From NCBI GenBank assembly GCA_002633005.1, contig NMRA01000232.1:484866-548865 (forward strand): 64,000 bases of DNA, written 5' to 3'. Shown here one piece after another: positions 39,526 to 50,800 of this stretch; within the stretch, counting starts at the first letter, position 1, and the number at the start of each line of letters is the position of its first letter. This DNA comes from Phoronis australis. Taxonomy: Eukaryota > Animalia > Phoronida. The notes under the pieces were generated by a model that was not told the DNA's origin, did no database searches, and worked only from the letters and a program-made list of their open reading frames with translations. The position numbers and the translations under genes are program-made.

Positions 39526-40263
39526 TTAAAGAGGAATGGAACGCGAAAAATAGTCCAAAATACCTTTTAAACAGGTCAAGGCGATTCTACTTCTTGAGGA
39601 TGCTAACGTGAGAGTTATTGACTTTGGATTTTGCAAGAATTTCTTGAAATTCCAAAACAAAGACAAAACTCTAACTTCAAGGAGGCTAAATACTTAACAT
39701 GGCGGATTTCGGTTGTGTCTTTACGTGTACGCTTGTCGAGTTCGAATAAGCAACCCCTATGTCAAAATCAAGAAGTTTAAAGGATTGAGCACAACAAACA
39801 CCCGGCTGTTGATGGAGATTTCCGATATGGGACCGCTATCGGCAAGTGCCGAATTTCGCAGTAGGCCTACGTTAGTAGCCAGCAACCAGTGGTTCTTCGG
39901 TCATAAACATTATTTTACAAAGCCAGAGTTTAAATGCATTCAAACCAACACTAAATTATGTGGAGTGCAGTCAAATAACATTCCTGAGCCCGCGAAAACC
40001 GAGACCGTTCGGATTTGATTCGGGAGCGTCTGCGAAAAATCCGGATTCGCGCGAAGGCCGTCTGCCATGACGTCACAAAATAGCATCCTTGAATTTGTGA
40101 TTTTTGGTGTTTTTTGACATTCTTGTCGTCAAGTCGCCACTCGAATGCAACTTGATGTGATCAATGGAAAGATGGTATTCAAAGGTGAGTTCGACACTAA
40201 TTTCGTAGAGTTAAAACTTATTTGAGTAGAAAATTCTGAGCATTTTTGTGTCCATTACCTTTA
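39526..40263. mobile_element. Possible Kolobok-style non-autonomous element
   Basis: TTAAAGAGGAATGGAAC on the left versus the reverse complement TAAAGGTAATGGACAC on the right. TTAA/TTAT flanks. The match is short and imperfect. Confidence 0.3.
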
Positions 40264-40845
40264 TGTTTTATTGCAATGAGTTGTGTCAGTGGTGATCGAG
40301 GAACATATATACTCAAGGGCAGCCGGTTGAAGCCATGATTTTTAACCGCCTTTCTTGACCAAATTACTTTTTTGTTATGGTTCAAGTTCGCACATACGCA
40401 GATATTTAACTTCTCCGAGGGGAAATTTGAGGCTACAGAAGTACTCGAGGTCTTTCAATGTTCCGAGGGGGTTGAGACTACGAAAATACTCAAGATGTTC
40501 CGAGCGGATCTTCAATTATCCCTAATGCCTTGGTTCAGAGGTGTTGTCAACGGTAAGTCCAAAACGACCTTTCATTTGTCCATTGCAAACACTGCGTCAA
40601 AGCACGCATTTTTGGGGTTAATTTTGCGTAGAACTCTCGGTTTTCCCTTTGGGTTATCCACTAAGACAGTGCTGAGACATGCCAGCAGAAAATGTACGCT
40701 TAAAGCTACCACAAGCCCTCGCGCCACCTTCGCCAAAATGAACTTTAATTTAGACCGCTGATATACACTGGTGACATCACAACTGGCCCTCCAGTTATCA
40801 TTTTAGTGTTCGTTTCATGAGTAATTTATTTCCGTAAAATAATCG

Positions 40846-41345
40846 AATCTCACTTCATATAGATCTGTTAAGAACGACTATTGTGTAGAAGAGTATTTAC
40901 GTCTGCCGGTGTCACAGAGGTCCGTCATAGCTCGATTGAGAGCAGGTATTCTACCATTAGAGGTTGAGGTGTGGCGGTACTTCGGAATTCCTGTGAATGA
41001 ACGGATATGTCGTGTTTGTAAAAACGGAATTGAAGATCAAATTGATCAAATTATTCGACAATTTTTATATGGGGTTCTGCCCTACCTCAAATATTCCAAA
41101 ATAACTTGAAAGGTCTAGCAGAATTCATTCAAGACTCTTCGCAGGTTATAAGCAATTATTTGTTTGTAAACTAGTCTGGAGTTTTCAGACTTGAGTGTGT
41201 GTGTGTTATGTTACGTTGTGGTTTCATTTTTATTAGGTGACTGAGTAAGCCCATTGAGGTTTGGGGTGTGGTGAATATTCTGTCTTTGAGATCATGTATT
41301 TTCTCAGTGACACCCTTATATTACTATAATAAATAAATAAATAAT
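40846..41345 (+). mobile_element. 5'-truncated non-LTR retrotransposon 3' end (RTE-X-like ORF2 C-terminus)
   Basis: Reads YRSVKNDYCVEEYLRLPVSQRSVIARLRAGILPLEVEVWRYFGIPVNERICRVCKNGIEDQ, the LRxGxLPLxIExGRY...RxCxxC...ED zinc-knuckle region of LINE ORF2. An internal deletion follows, and the element ends in AATAAATAAATAAATAA running into (TAA)n. Confidence 0.85.
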
Positions 41346-41377
41346 AGTAATGATAAGAACAATGAATAATACTAATA

Positions 41378-41378
41378 C

Positions 41379-41439
<61 letters not shown>
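41378..41439. repeat. (TAA)n microsatellite (LINE tail)
   Basis: About 20 perfect TAA units. Confidence 0.95.
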
Positions 41440-41440
<1 letters not shown>

Positions 41441-41959
41441 TGTAGAAGCGAAAGACATATTTTCGGACTTCAGCCGTAAGTCACTTGTCACGACAAGTGG
41501 CCCGTGTTAGGTCGAGAGTGGCAGTCTTGTGTCTGCTACAGATTCTCGAAGATGGTTTAACCATGACTGAATCTACCCATTCAGGTATCATCTAACTGGT
41601 GATCACATCTCCAAAGTAAAGCTAAGATGTGGAAACACTTTGTGTATCGTGTGGCACGTTTTCAACTGAAGGTCACGAGAGGTACAAACACGTATGCAGA
41701 AGGATTAAGTAGGTCGGCTACAAGGGTTATTAAGGGTTTGTTGACGCTCACTAGATTCAATTGGCTTCGAATTAACTGGCAAAATATTGGAATGTGTAGT
41801 TATGAGTAGGCTGACGTTGTCGATTTTGGCTTGACCTAATTCTCGCTCCGAGGTTCTTTAAACCGATCATCCTACACAGCATTGTGTTGTCATATTTCAC
41901 AAATAAAATTTGTAGACTACCATTAAGATCTGATGCCACTTTCATTAAACGTTAAAGTG

Positions 41960-42550
41960 ATATATATTTATTGGAGAATACACAGAACATACAAAGACAT
42001 AATAACAAACCCAGAAACCGCGAAGCATTATATCTGGGTTGTAAACAATTCATAAATGAAACTAATATACATAGAGGTATATACAATTAAGTAGTATCTA
42101 ATATAAGTATTCCAATACTTAGATATGCTATTACAAATATATAAGAACAAAAATATGTACAGATTCATGTACGGAAATCAGATGCAACAATATTGATAAA
42201 CGGTACAAAAAATTATTAACGTTGCTTAGGAGGAATTCGTTGAGGATGAGGTCAAGGTTAGGACTACCATTCAGTAATAATGTAACTCTAGTAGGGATAT
42301 TATTACAAGAATTGAGAGTGTTGACAACTGATTGGTTTTCATTGAGTGCACGAAAGAGTGAGTCTCTCAGGTATTCGATAAGGGGACATTTGAAGAAAAT
42401 ATGAGGATAAGATTGATGGTCAACACATTTACAGTTTGGAGAGACATTACTAAAGTTGTGCCTGAACTTGTCAGAGTTGAGGAAAAGGCAATATCTTGAT
42501 CTGTTCAATGCTATTTCTTTATCGCGGGGAAGGGAGAATTGAGTCAAGGG
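41960..42550 (-). mobile_element. 5'-truncated CR1-group LINE 3' end
   Basis: ORF 42547-42131 contains LNSDKFRHNFSNVSPNCKCVDHQSYPHIFFKCP (SPxCxC...H.FF.CP knuckle) and LLLNGSPNL. The 3' UTR has the stem-loop AACCCAGA...TCTGGGTT (42008-42040) followed by AATAAA on the - strand. Confidence 0.8.
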
Positions 42551-43362
42551 TTAAACGTTCGAACAAAAGGAGTTCCATGTATATCGATAAATGTTTTAAA
42601 GGTACTCTTTCCATATCATGTTATTCAAAAACTTCACAAAATTAGTTAATTCAATCGAAACTTAGTCTAAATAATGCTCTTTCAACACAACTCCAAATGT
42701 TTTCAAACTGAATTTATGCAAATTCTTTGGTTTCATTTTTACTTTTATGGTGCACCACCACCTAAAATGACTGCCCTAGCGAGTGACAGCTGACTCATGC
42801 ATTATGGATACTCATTCATCTGCCGCCGTAAGTAATGACCACGTTTAAAAAATCTTCTAAAATTACCAGTAAAAAGGCAAACACAATCATGGCTAAAAGT
42901 TATGACACATTTTTATTTTAATGACATCTTTCGACTGACGAAACTCGTCCTGTGTTCTGAATTAGTGAATTAGCAATTAAAAAACACGTGTACATATTAA
43001 AGCACAATGTTAGAACTCCATGCGTTTTGATCAAAGTGAGACTGAAATTGGAAATAATTCAACATCAACCAATTAAAGACAAAAAATCACACGATCACAA
43101 AACACAAAAAGACCACTTGTTATTGTATGGAACATTTGACGTCTCTAATCGGTTGTTTTGAACAACATGTCTGCCTGCAGGGTTAAAGACATCTTAATGA
43201 TTGTACAGATATCTATATATCGCTTCACCCGTCTTAATCTTCGTGGTAATAAGCAAGCTATTTAAGAACAAGTTTTCATAACAGGCCTGATTTTTGCAAG
43301 TGAGAAAGTTTTCACAAAACTTACTGTTGATTAAACCTAGCTATGAATACCAATCGCATCCT

Positions 43363-44586
43363 CAAGGTCTTTCATCGAAATTGAAATCCCGGTGTAAAAC
43401 AGATATCCCGGAGTCGAAAACAGACTCCCGCACCTTCAAAACAGTTAACCAGCCCGAAAAACACGAACCTCGACCTTTAAAACACGAACATCGACCTTTA
43501 AAACAGAACTCCGGGGTTAGACAGGAAAACCGGACAATTTTTCAAATTTTTTGAGACGATGTGAGTAAGCCCCAAACTTTGAGTTAAAGCATATTCTAAA
43601 TACTTTCTAGTTGTTTTCTGTATTTGTTTGTTAAAAACTGTCAATAATAAAACGTAACTTATATTATATTGACTTTGTTACTTGATTTTTATCGGTAAGA
43701 ATCGTGCAACTTATCTGTGGGGGAATTTTTATTCTCAACATGTTTATCTCGGTGAATACTTAATTTATTTCATACTATACAATAGTTTCTCCAAAAATAT
43801 TTTCAAAAAAAAACAAAATTTTATTTCGACATTCGATTGCCGTTGCTGATTAATTCGTTTAAATATCTTTGGCAGCATTTCAGGGTTCTTCCATATACTT
43901 GACGAGAGTATATTATTTATGGCACAAGGACAGCCTCTGGATTTTTAAATGGACTGCGAGAATTACTCACTCAAAAGACCTGTACCGTCACCAATTCCAA
44001 CGTTCTTGCCCTCAATAAGTGTACTTCAACTCGTCGTCGACCATTGAAACTGAATCTGGAATCGGAATTTCTGAACTCAACGCATTCACACTCTTTTGGC
44101 GGATCATCCCTCTGGATTCTGTGCCCTTGTTGCGTGACTTTGCTTTCGCCTTCGGTTAGTGATTATACACGTCCGAGAGTATAACAGGTTCTTAAGAATC
44201 AAGTGAACACTTTTTCGCTAGAGATCGGTCATAAGTTGTACAAACAAAATTCTCATACAGTAAAACAACATACCACAGCAACTCTTTAAAGTAGTAAGAT
44301 CTATTTTTTCATCAAAATGCGAAATTGATACATGTCGTATGAACACAAAGCACTTTAAAAGTACTAAGGAATACTTGTTTCTTGAGTTAAACAATGTTTG
44401 AGAGAAAGTGCGGGACTGAGTGGTGTTTCAGTTCCCGGGTGTCCTCTCCCATCTCTGTGGTTTCTATTTTAAAAGTCGGGGTTCTTGTTTTTCGGACTGG
44501 TAAGCTGTTTTGAAAGTGCGGGAGCCTCTTTTCGACTACAGGATATCTGTTTTACACCGGGGTTCTAATTTCGATGGAACACCTTG
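43363..44586. mobile_element. 1224-bp non-autonomous DNA transposon with ~120-bp TIRs and 4-bp TSD
   Basis: Left CAAGGTCTTTCATCGAAATTGAAATCCCGGTGTAAAACAGATATCC versus the right reverse complement CAAGGTGTTCCATCGAAATTAGAACCCCGGTGTAAAACAGATATCC. TCCT flanks both ends (43359-43362 and 44587-44590). Confidence 0.9.
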
Positions 44587-45869
44587 TCCTGTTAAAAATA
44601 TATATTTCGCCTTCTTCTGTGCTGCCTTTGGCGCAACATGTACTTTTCGATTTTTGCGTTCAGGAGATCCGAAATCAATTACTATAAAGTCAGCGTACCT
44701 GAATAAATACCATCTTGAGTGTATATACCCAATTAAAATTCGGTATATATCTTTTTAAGGAACATAACAATGGCAGAGAATATGTTTCCTATAATATCAC
44801 TTATTCATGGTCTCGCCTACCTCCCAAGAAACACGCGCGCCGCATCACCTTAAAATGTTCCCGGCATCCAACACATCTGGTTTTAGTTTACATATTGTTA
44901 CTCACATCAAAATTAACATACATGTAATTCCTCTCAAATGGTTTTCCTTTTTTCCTGTTAATTTGACGGTTACTTTACCTTGTATCTGTATGTTTTCCCT
45001 ATATATTATATGCAGCCCGTTGTCTCATAATGTGGTCGTGCTAATGTTAACGATTTGAGGTACAACCTGGCGTTCCTTGACCACATTGAGCAGTAGTTTC
45101 CCAAGAATTCCACAATTTGTCGCGTAAAGCGCAGATCTGAGTTCATACGTCACATGACCAGCGCTTTCTATCTATCCCAAGCGAGGTAATGGTTCAGAGA
45201 AATAAAAGTTAACAAGAAATTAAAATTGCCTATTTTTTCCAAACCTTTCTCTATGTCAGCCTTGAAGATGCAGATGTTTCGATTTCTTAATAAACAATTA
45301 CCATACCAACGTCTGTCGGAAATGTTTAGAGATTTGCTATCGATTTACTCACGAAATCTAAAACAATCTTGAAACTGGTAAACATGGGGTAATTTGACTT
45401 CAGTTTCCACATGCATATTTAATTGTAATATGAATTATATATTTGCTAACTCAGTTCATATTTTCTAAAACCTTGATGCTTGTTATCAGGTATGTAACAA
45501 AGTCTGCCGTTACTTTTGATGTCGAATTCAATGGCATACGGACCTAACAATTGTTCAATAAAAATATATAAATTAACGAGGTATCTTTTCAAAAATATAC
45601 TTAAAATATAAACTGAATCAATAAAGATTTAAGTTAAGCTCAGTTAATGACGCTTTATATTTTCTGAAACTCTTACCCGTTAATCAGGAGTGCCCTTAGC
45701 AACCGCTCTTAGTCTAAAAATATACACATAGCAATCCTACATCACCCACAATGTTCCGCTTGTGTGTGTCGTGAATTGGTAAAATTAGAATAGATTATAA
45801 ACTTAGCATGTTCAACCGCTTCCAATTACCACTAAAGTTTGTATTTGGTAACTAGACAAAACACTGTTA

Positions 45870-45980
45870 TGACGCAGGCATCCAATTTTAATCGGAAGAA
45901 TTCGTTGAACATCGTGAGTAATCGAGTGACGTCACTGCTACCACTATAAATCCAAGAGCTGCAGTGAGAGGGTTCAGTGA
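45870..45980 (+). promoter_or_regulatory. Pol II core promoter of the cysteine-rich peptide gene
   Basis: Half-CRE TGACG at 45870, CCAAT at 45882-45886, full CRE TGACGTCA at 45927-45934 and TATAAA at 45945-45950. The Inr TCAGT has its A at 45976, 31 nt after the first T of the TATA box. Confidence 0.8.
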
Positions 45981-46158
45981 CAAATACGAACGTACGACAG
46001 TGAAGGAATTGACGAACGCCGCGAATCAGCACATAGAAAAGACAGAGAAACGATCATATTGAGAAGAACAATCGGGACAACAAAATCAACTTGGAACTTT
46101 GGAGTGCACCTGGCGAGATATATTATTATTAGAAAAACGTTTTTGTTTATTTTTCATA

Positions 46159-46210
46159 ATGGATAAACATTCGACGGTTTTAATTATCGGAGTGCTACTG
46201 CTGTTTGCAG
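46159..46210 (+). CDS. Coding exon 1 (signal peptide MDKHSTVLIIGVLLLFA) of a secreted WAP-like cysteine-rich peptide
   Basis: First ATG I found after the predicted TSS, in ATAATGG context. Hydrophobic core. Strong donor CAG|GTAAGA at 46211. 52 nt, so phase 1. Confidence 0.85.
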
Positions 46211-47711
46211 GTAAGAGTTCCATACCCTATCGTTTTGTTTGAGTTAATATTTTCACCAACATTGATCTTGCGCATTTACTTAATTGGGCATGCATAAGCC
46301 CATTAGTGGAAAAGACGAGTGTTGATCGAGAATCAGAAAACAATTGAAGTGTAAGCTGAAGTAAACTAGCCGAGATAATGGATTTATTACCAGTAGCAAC
46401 AGGATAACGAGGTTTTAAATAATTCCACCAAAATAGAAAAGTGCTGGAAGGCTTTGCGTTACAGTTAGCAGGATATGCGAACATCAATTTTTGTAAATCA
46501 GTATTGTGCAACGACTGAAGTTAGAGTCGATATCAAAATTATACTTTAATAATCAGCGTTACCTTTCCATGGAATTTCGCTTCTTTATTTGAATTCTTTT
46601 ACTTATGAAAGGAATCTAAATCAACAATACACGAGTGAAATCAATTTTATTGCAGCATATTCTATGTGTAGTTGAGCAGATTCCGTAACACACTTGGCGA
46701 AGCATGAACACGTACTTTACATTATGCCTCTTATAAATATGAAATTTCATTTCTCAGCAGGGTTGACTCTGATCAACTGTTTTGTTAATAACTAAATTGA
46801 ACGCAAACATATTGTCTACTGACAAGTTTCGACCCGGGAAGCCGTGTGCCGTCAGAGTGCCTATCCAATAGACATTGTTAGCAAATTCGCAACTAATGCA
46901 ATCAAAACTTGAGCGATGACTGCTATAAAGCATTGTGCCGGGTACTTTACGACAAACGCACCGACCGGCACTGATTGTGAACCAGTGTCCAGGGAGAGCC
47001 TGGATGCCGTAATTCAGTTGCTGTTAAAACGCTCAATACACTGGGTATTCGATAACATCATTAACGATCATCATCAACTTCATTTACCATATTAGTCATA
47101 ATCAAGTGGACACTGGGTAATACCATTTATTAATCTGTCTTACAATTCTTCAACCATGTAAATGAGTGTACAAATTAAAATTGAACCATTTTCTCGTAAC
47201 TTTGTTACAATGACAATGAGGACCTGTAGTTAGCAGACTAAAGAGCCGCAGCTTTTAGGAAATGGTGATCGTTCAGGAAATTTGAAGCCATCGAATTGTC
47301 TGTGTAAAAGACTCTGTTATTATCTTAATTGAGTCGACATGAGCGGCAATAACGTGTTGGTGAGTAGAGCACCTTTGTGCGCACGACGTCACGTAATACT
47401 TTGTATGCAAGAGATTTCAACGTAAATCCTCACCTGATTTGTGCAAGCTGTGGCAGTCCATGAAACATCGGCGGAAAATTCACACAGATATCAGTCAGAA
47501 GTTTTGACGGTTTTGGAACGAGTAAACACATTCGGAACATTTTTGATAGCTTCTTGACATAGGCTTTATAATTTACATATCCAGGATTGACATCAAAATT
47601 AAATAATTCATCAAGCCCTTCAAGTCCTATAACCAGTGATAATTACTAAACAGAAATCAATCATACGCGAGATAACGCTCATTTGTAAGTAGCTGTTCGC
47701 GCCTTGGAGTT

Positions 47712-47852
47712 GGTCTAGAATAAATGATCGAGTGGTAGCCGGGTATTCCGCTCTGAAGCAGTCGGAAGACTGCGAACCTTGAAGGTAGGACTTCACCGAA
47801 GGGGCGAGTTAGGGTGCACTAGGAGACAACTGGAACTAATTTATTCTAGGTC
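47712..47852. mobile_element. Short intronic MITE-like element
   Basis: Terminal inverted CTAGAATAAAT (47715) / ATTTATTCTAG (to 47849) around a GC-richer interior. Confidence 0.5.
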
Positions 47853-50800
47853 GTACACTCACTCCTAGAAAGATGCCTGTGCTATATAATCTTGAAAATC
47901 TGATGGGACTCGTTTTAATCTGTTCCTACCTACTGACACATGGGACCGTTCATCGCCGCTCCTGAACCACCCCCATTCTTCTCGTCAAAAGAAGAAGTTT
48001 GAAATGAATTGAAATTTGTGCTCGCTGACGATGAAATTTTTTAGGAAATACTACCCTCTGCATTCCGAAGTCTGGAGAGCTTTTGGATTTCCGCACGGAC
48101 TACTGTAACTGGTAATGATAGTGGATCAATTTAAAGCAAATTGATGTTGTGTGACATAAATAACGTCAATGGAAGTAAAATCAAAATAAATAATATTTTA
48201 AAGATGTAGTGAGCGCTGTTTTGATAATATGACTACTACCGTGAACATCCATTTTCACACCATGGCGAAAGTTAAATGGTTTGATTTAAATTTTCTATCT
48301 TCACAGAAAATCGAGTTGTTAGATAAGTAGTAGTAGCAGTAGTAGTCATAGTTATTATTTTACTTTAATAAATTGCAGTCACTAGATTCTTATTTTGCCT
48401 AATTTTGACGCTGACCATTTTGACTCCAGCGCAGCAGCGCTCATTATAACTTTAAATGGTATTACTTAAGCAAAAAGCCGTACTGACAACAGTCTATTTA
48501 TACTCTTACCAATTTTGTGTAAACTGAGGTCACTTTAGAATAACTGAATTAATTTAATTGCACCAATGTTTGAGTATAGGTCCGGCGTTGTATGATAAGC
48601 GCAAACCGAGGAAGTGCTTAGCAATCAAAATGAAAGTGTGAAATACAAATTCAATGGCAGCAAATGTGTTGCCCAAAACCTTTATACTGTCACATTTCAA
48701 GGGTTTCATGTTTACTTTAAGACAAGTATTAACATTCTTAACGAACTTGTATTTAGTTAACATTCATTTGTTGTTCTTGGAAACTGCGACTGGTTACTAT
48801 GTACATAAGAAAAAATAACATAAAGGTTTTTGTATTAGATTAATCAATTTCGTCATTTGAACTCATTTGCTTGCACGTGTATCAATCTCTTTAATGGTCA
48901 CGTCATCACCCCGTTAGCACGGAATGCCGGGTTCTATTTCTGTCGCACGTGTATTTCGCAATCTGCCAGTAGCCTTGCCACAACTATGCAGCAAAAATTG
49001 GCTTAGGTCTCTCTAAATGCTGTGAAGATTTTTGATAGGTTAAGGTCTTCAGTCATGACCCACGGCCATTTATAATAATTTAATGGTTTCCGGCATCGTG
49101 TTGATTAGGAGTTGGTGTAACAAAACACAGCAGTCAGTGTCAGTGTAGAAACAAATTGCTCAGAATTACTGACACCAACGCGCTTTGGTACTCCGGTGCG
49201 TTTGTAGGTTCAAAACTGAAAGACAAAATTAATTCGAATCAAATCTGACAAGGCCTAGTTTGGAACTATTTATGAATTACACGTAATTTCTTATCTTTCA
49301 AAATTAGACAATTATCTCGAAACAATTGTTAAAAATTAACTGAGATAATAGATTTCCCATTGCGTATTACATGAGAACGAATGTCAGCTACGAATTTGTC
49401 AGCGAAGACTATCCTATGATACTATTAATCATTTTAGGAGTGGAACAACTCACTTTGTTTGTTAGGTGATTACAGAAAAATATAGTTGAAATCGTGACAC
49501 CGGTTTTGACCAACTTAGTAATTTATTCATAATCCAACTTCTCGAATCCAAAACGACACCTTCTGGGTAGTTCGAACATCACGGGCTGTTGAATAACTGA
49601 ATCGCCAAAGAATGTTACTTCCGTGTTTTCATAAACATTATGTTTTAAGTAGGAAAACATTGCAAACAAGAACAAAACTAGTTATTGGAATCCAAGTTTA
49701 GTATGAATTGTCTTCACTTTTTCATTGTTGGAATAAAGGGTATTCACAGTTTGGAGTTTTATTTTGATACAGGATTTACAAACGACAACGTCTGTATTCT
49801 AAACTTGAAATAAATCCCGGCACCATGGTGTGATGTCTCTAACCAGATAGCTGCGCCTCATATTGGCTAATTTTGATACCATGGCTAAAGTTGGTTGTAC
49901 ATAATCTTTTTTGTTCATCATACAATAGTTGTGTATTTTTATGTTATGTTAATGCCACCAAATCTGAGATTACGTCCAGCACGGGCTTACAAGTGAAAAA
50001 GCAACACGCTTTTAACTAAATTACAACCGCTTCTTTATGAAACTAACTCAATTAGACCTAGCCAGATTAGCTACTGCTAATGGCGAAAGACAGCGTATCT
50101 CAGGATTAGGCGTACTATATCAAGGGAACATTTGAATCAAATGATTCCCATTGATGCACTATGATTGAAAATAACACTTCATGGATGACACATAGAACAG
50201 ACGAGTTATCACAGCATATTGTATGTATTTTTAAAATTAGACTTTATTAGTTATAAGCGTGTACAAATTTTAGGGTCTCTGAGGTAACGTGCAGAAACAG
50301 GAGTCGTCATTCCATAAGAAATGGAAGATAATATATCGGGGAGCTTTTAGTCTAACGAACCATGGTAACCAGTCTTGCACAATGTTATACCATATGCCAG
50401 CTTATTCTTCATGATTACCTGCGTGTTAATTGAGTTAGACATTTTCTACTTAATAAAGTACGACTAAAACCTGCACAAAACATTAGCTTCTTCACTCTCA
50501 AGAAAAATGAATGAAGCTTAGACGAACGGTATACCAACAATCCAATAAGATGCGTTTTGAGAAGGTGTGATCTTTCACTCGTGATAACGATCTATATATT
50601 AAATTCGTTTTTATCGGTTTACGGTAATTATGTAGTCGGTAAATCAACCCTTTTGAGTTGAGCATTGTCTATGTATATATGATGCAAACAAATAAGCCTT
50701 TCGACACCACTCTCACACTTCCTGGGCTGTACAGCCCCGGTGTTCGTATAAAGAGGTTGTATTATAATTGATTATTGTTAATTAATCACCAAAATATGCT

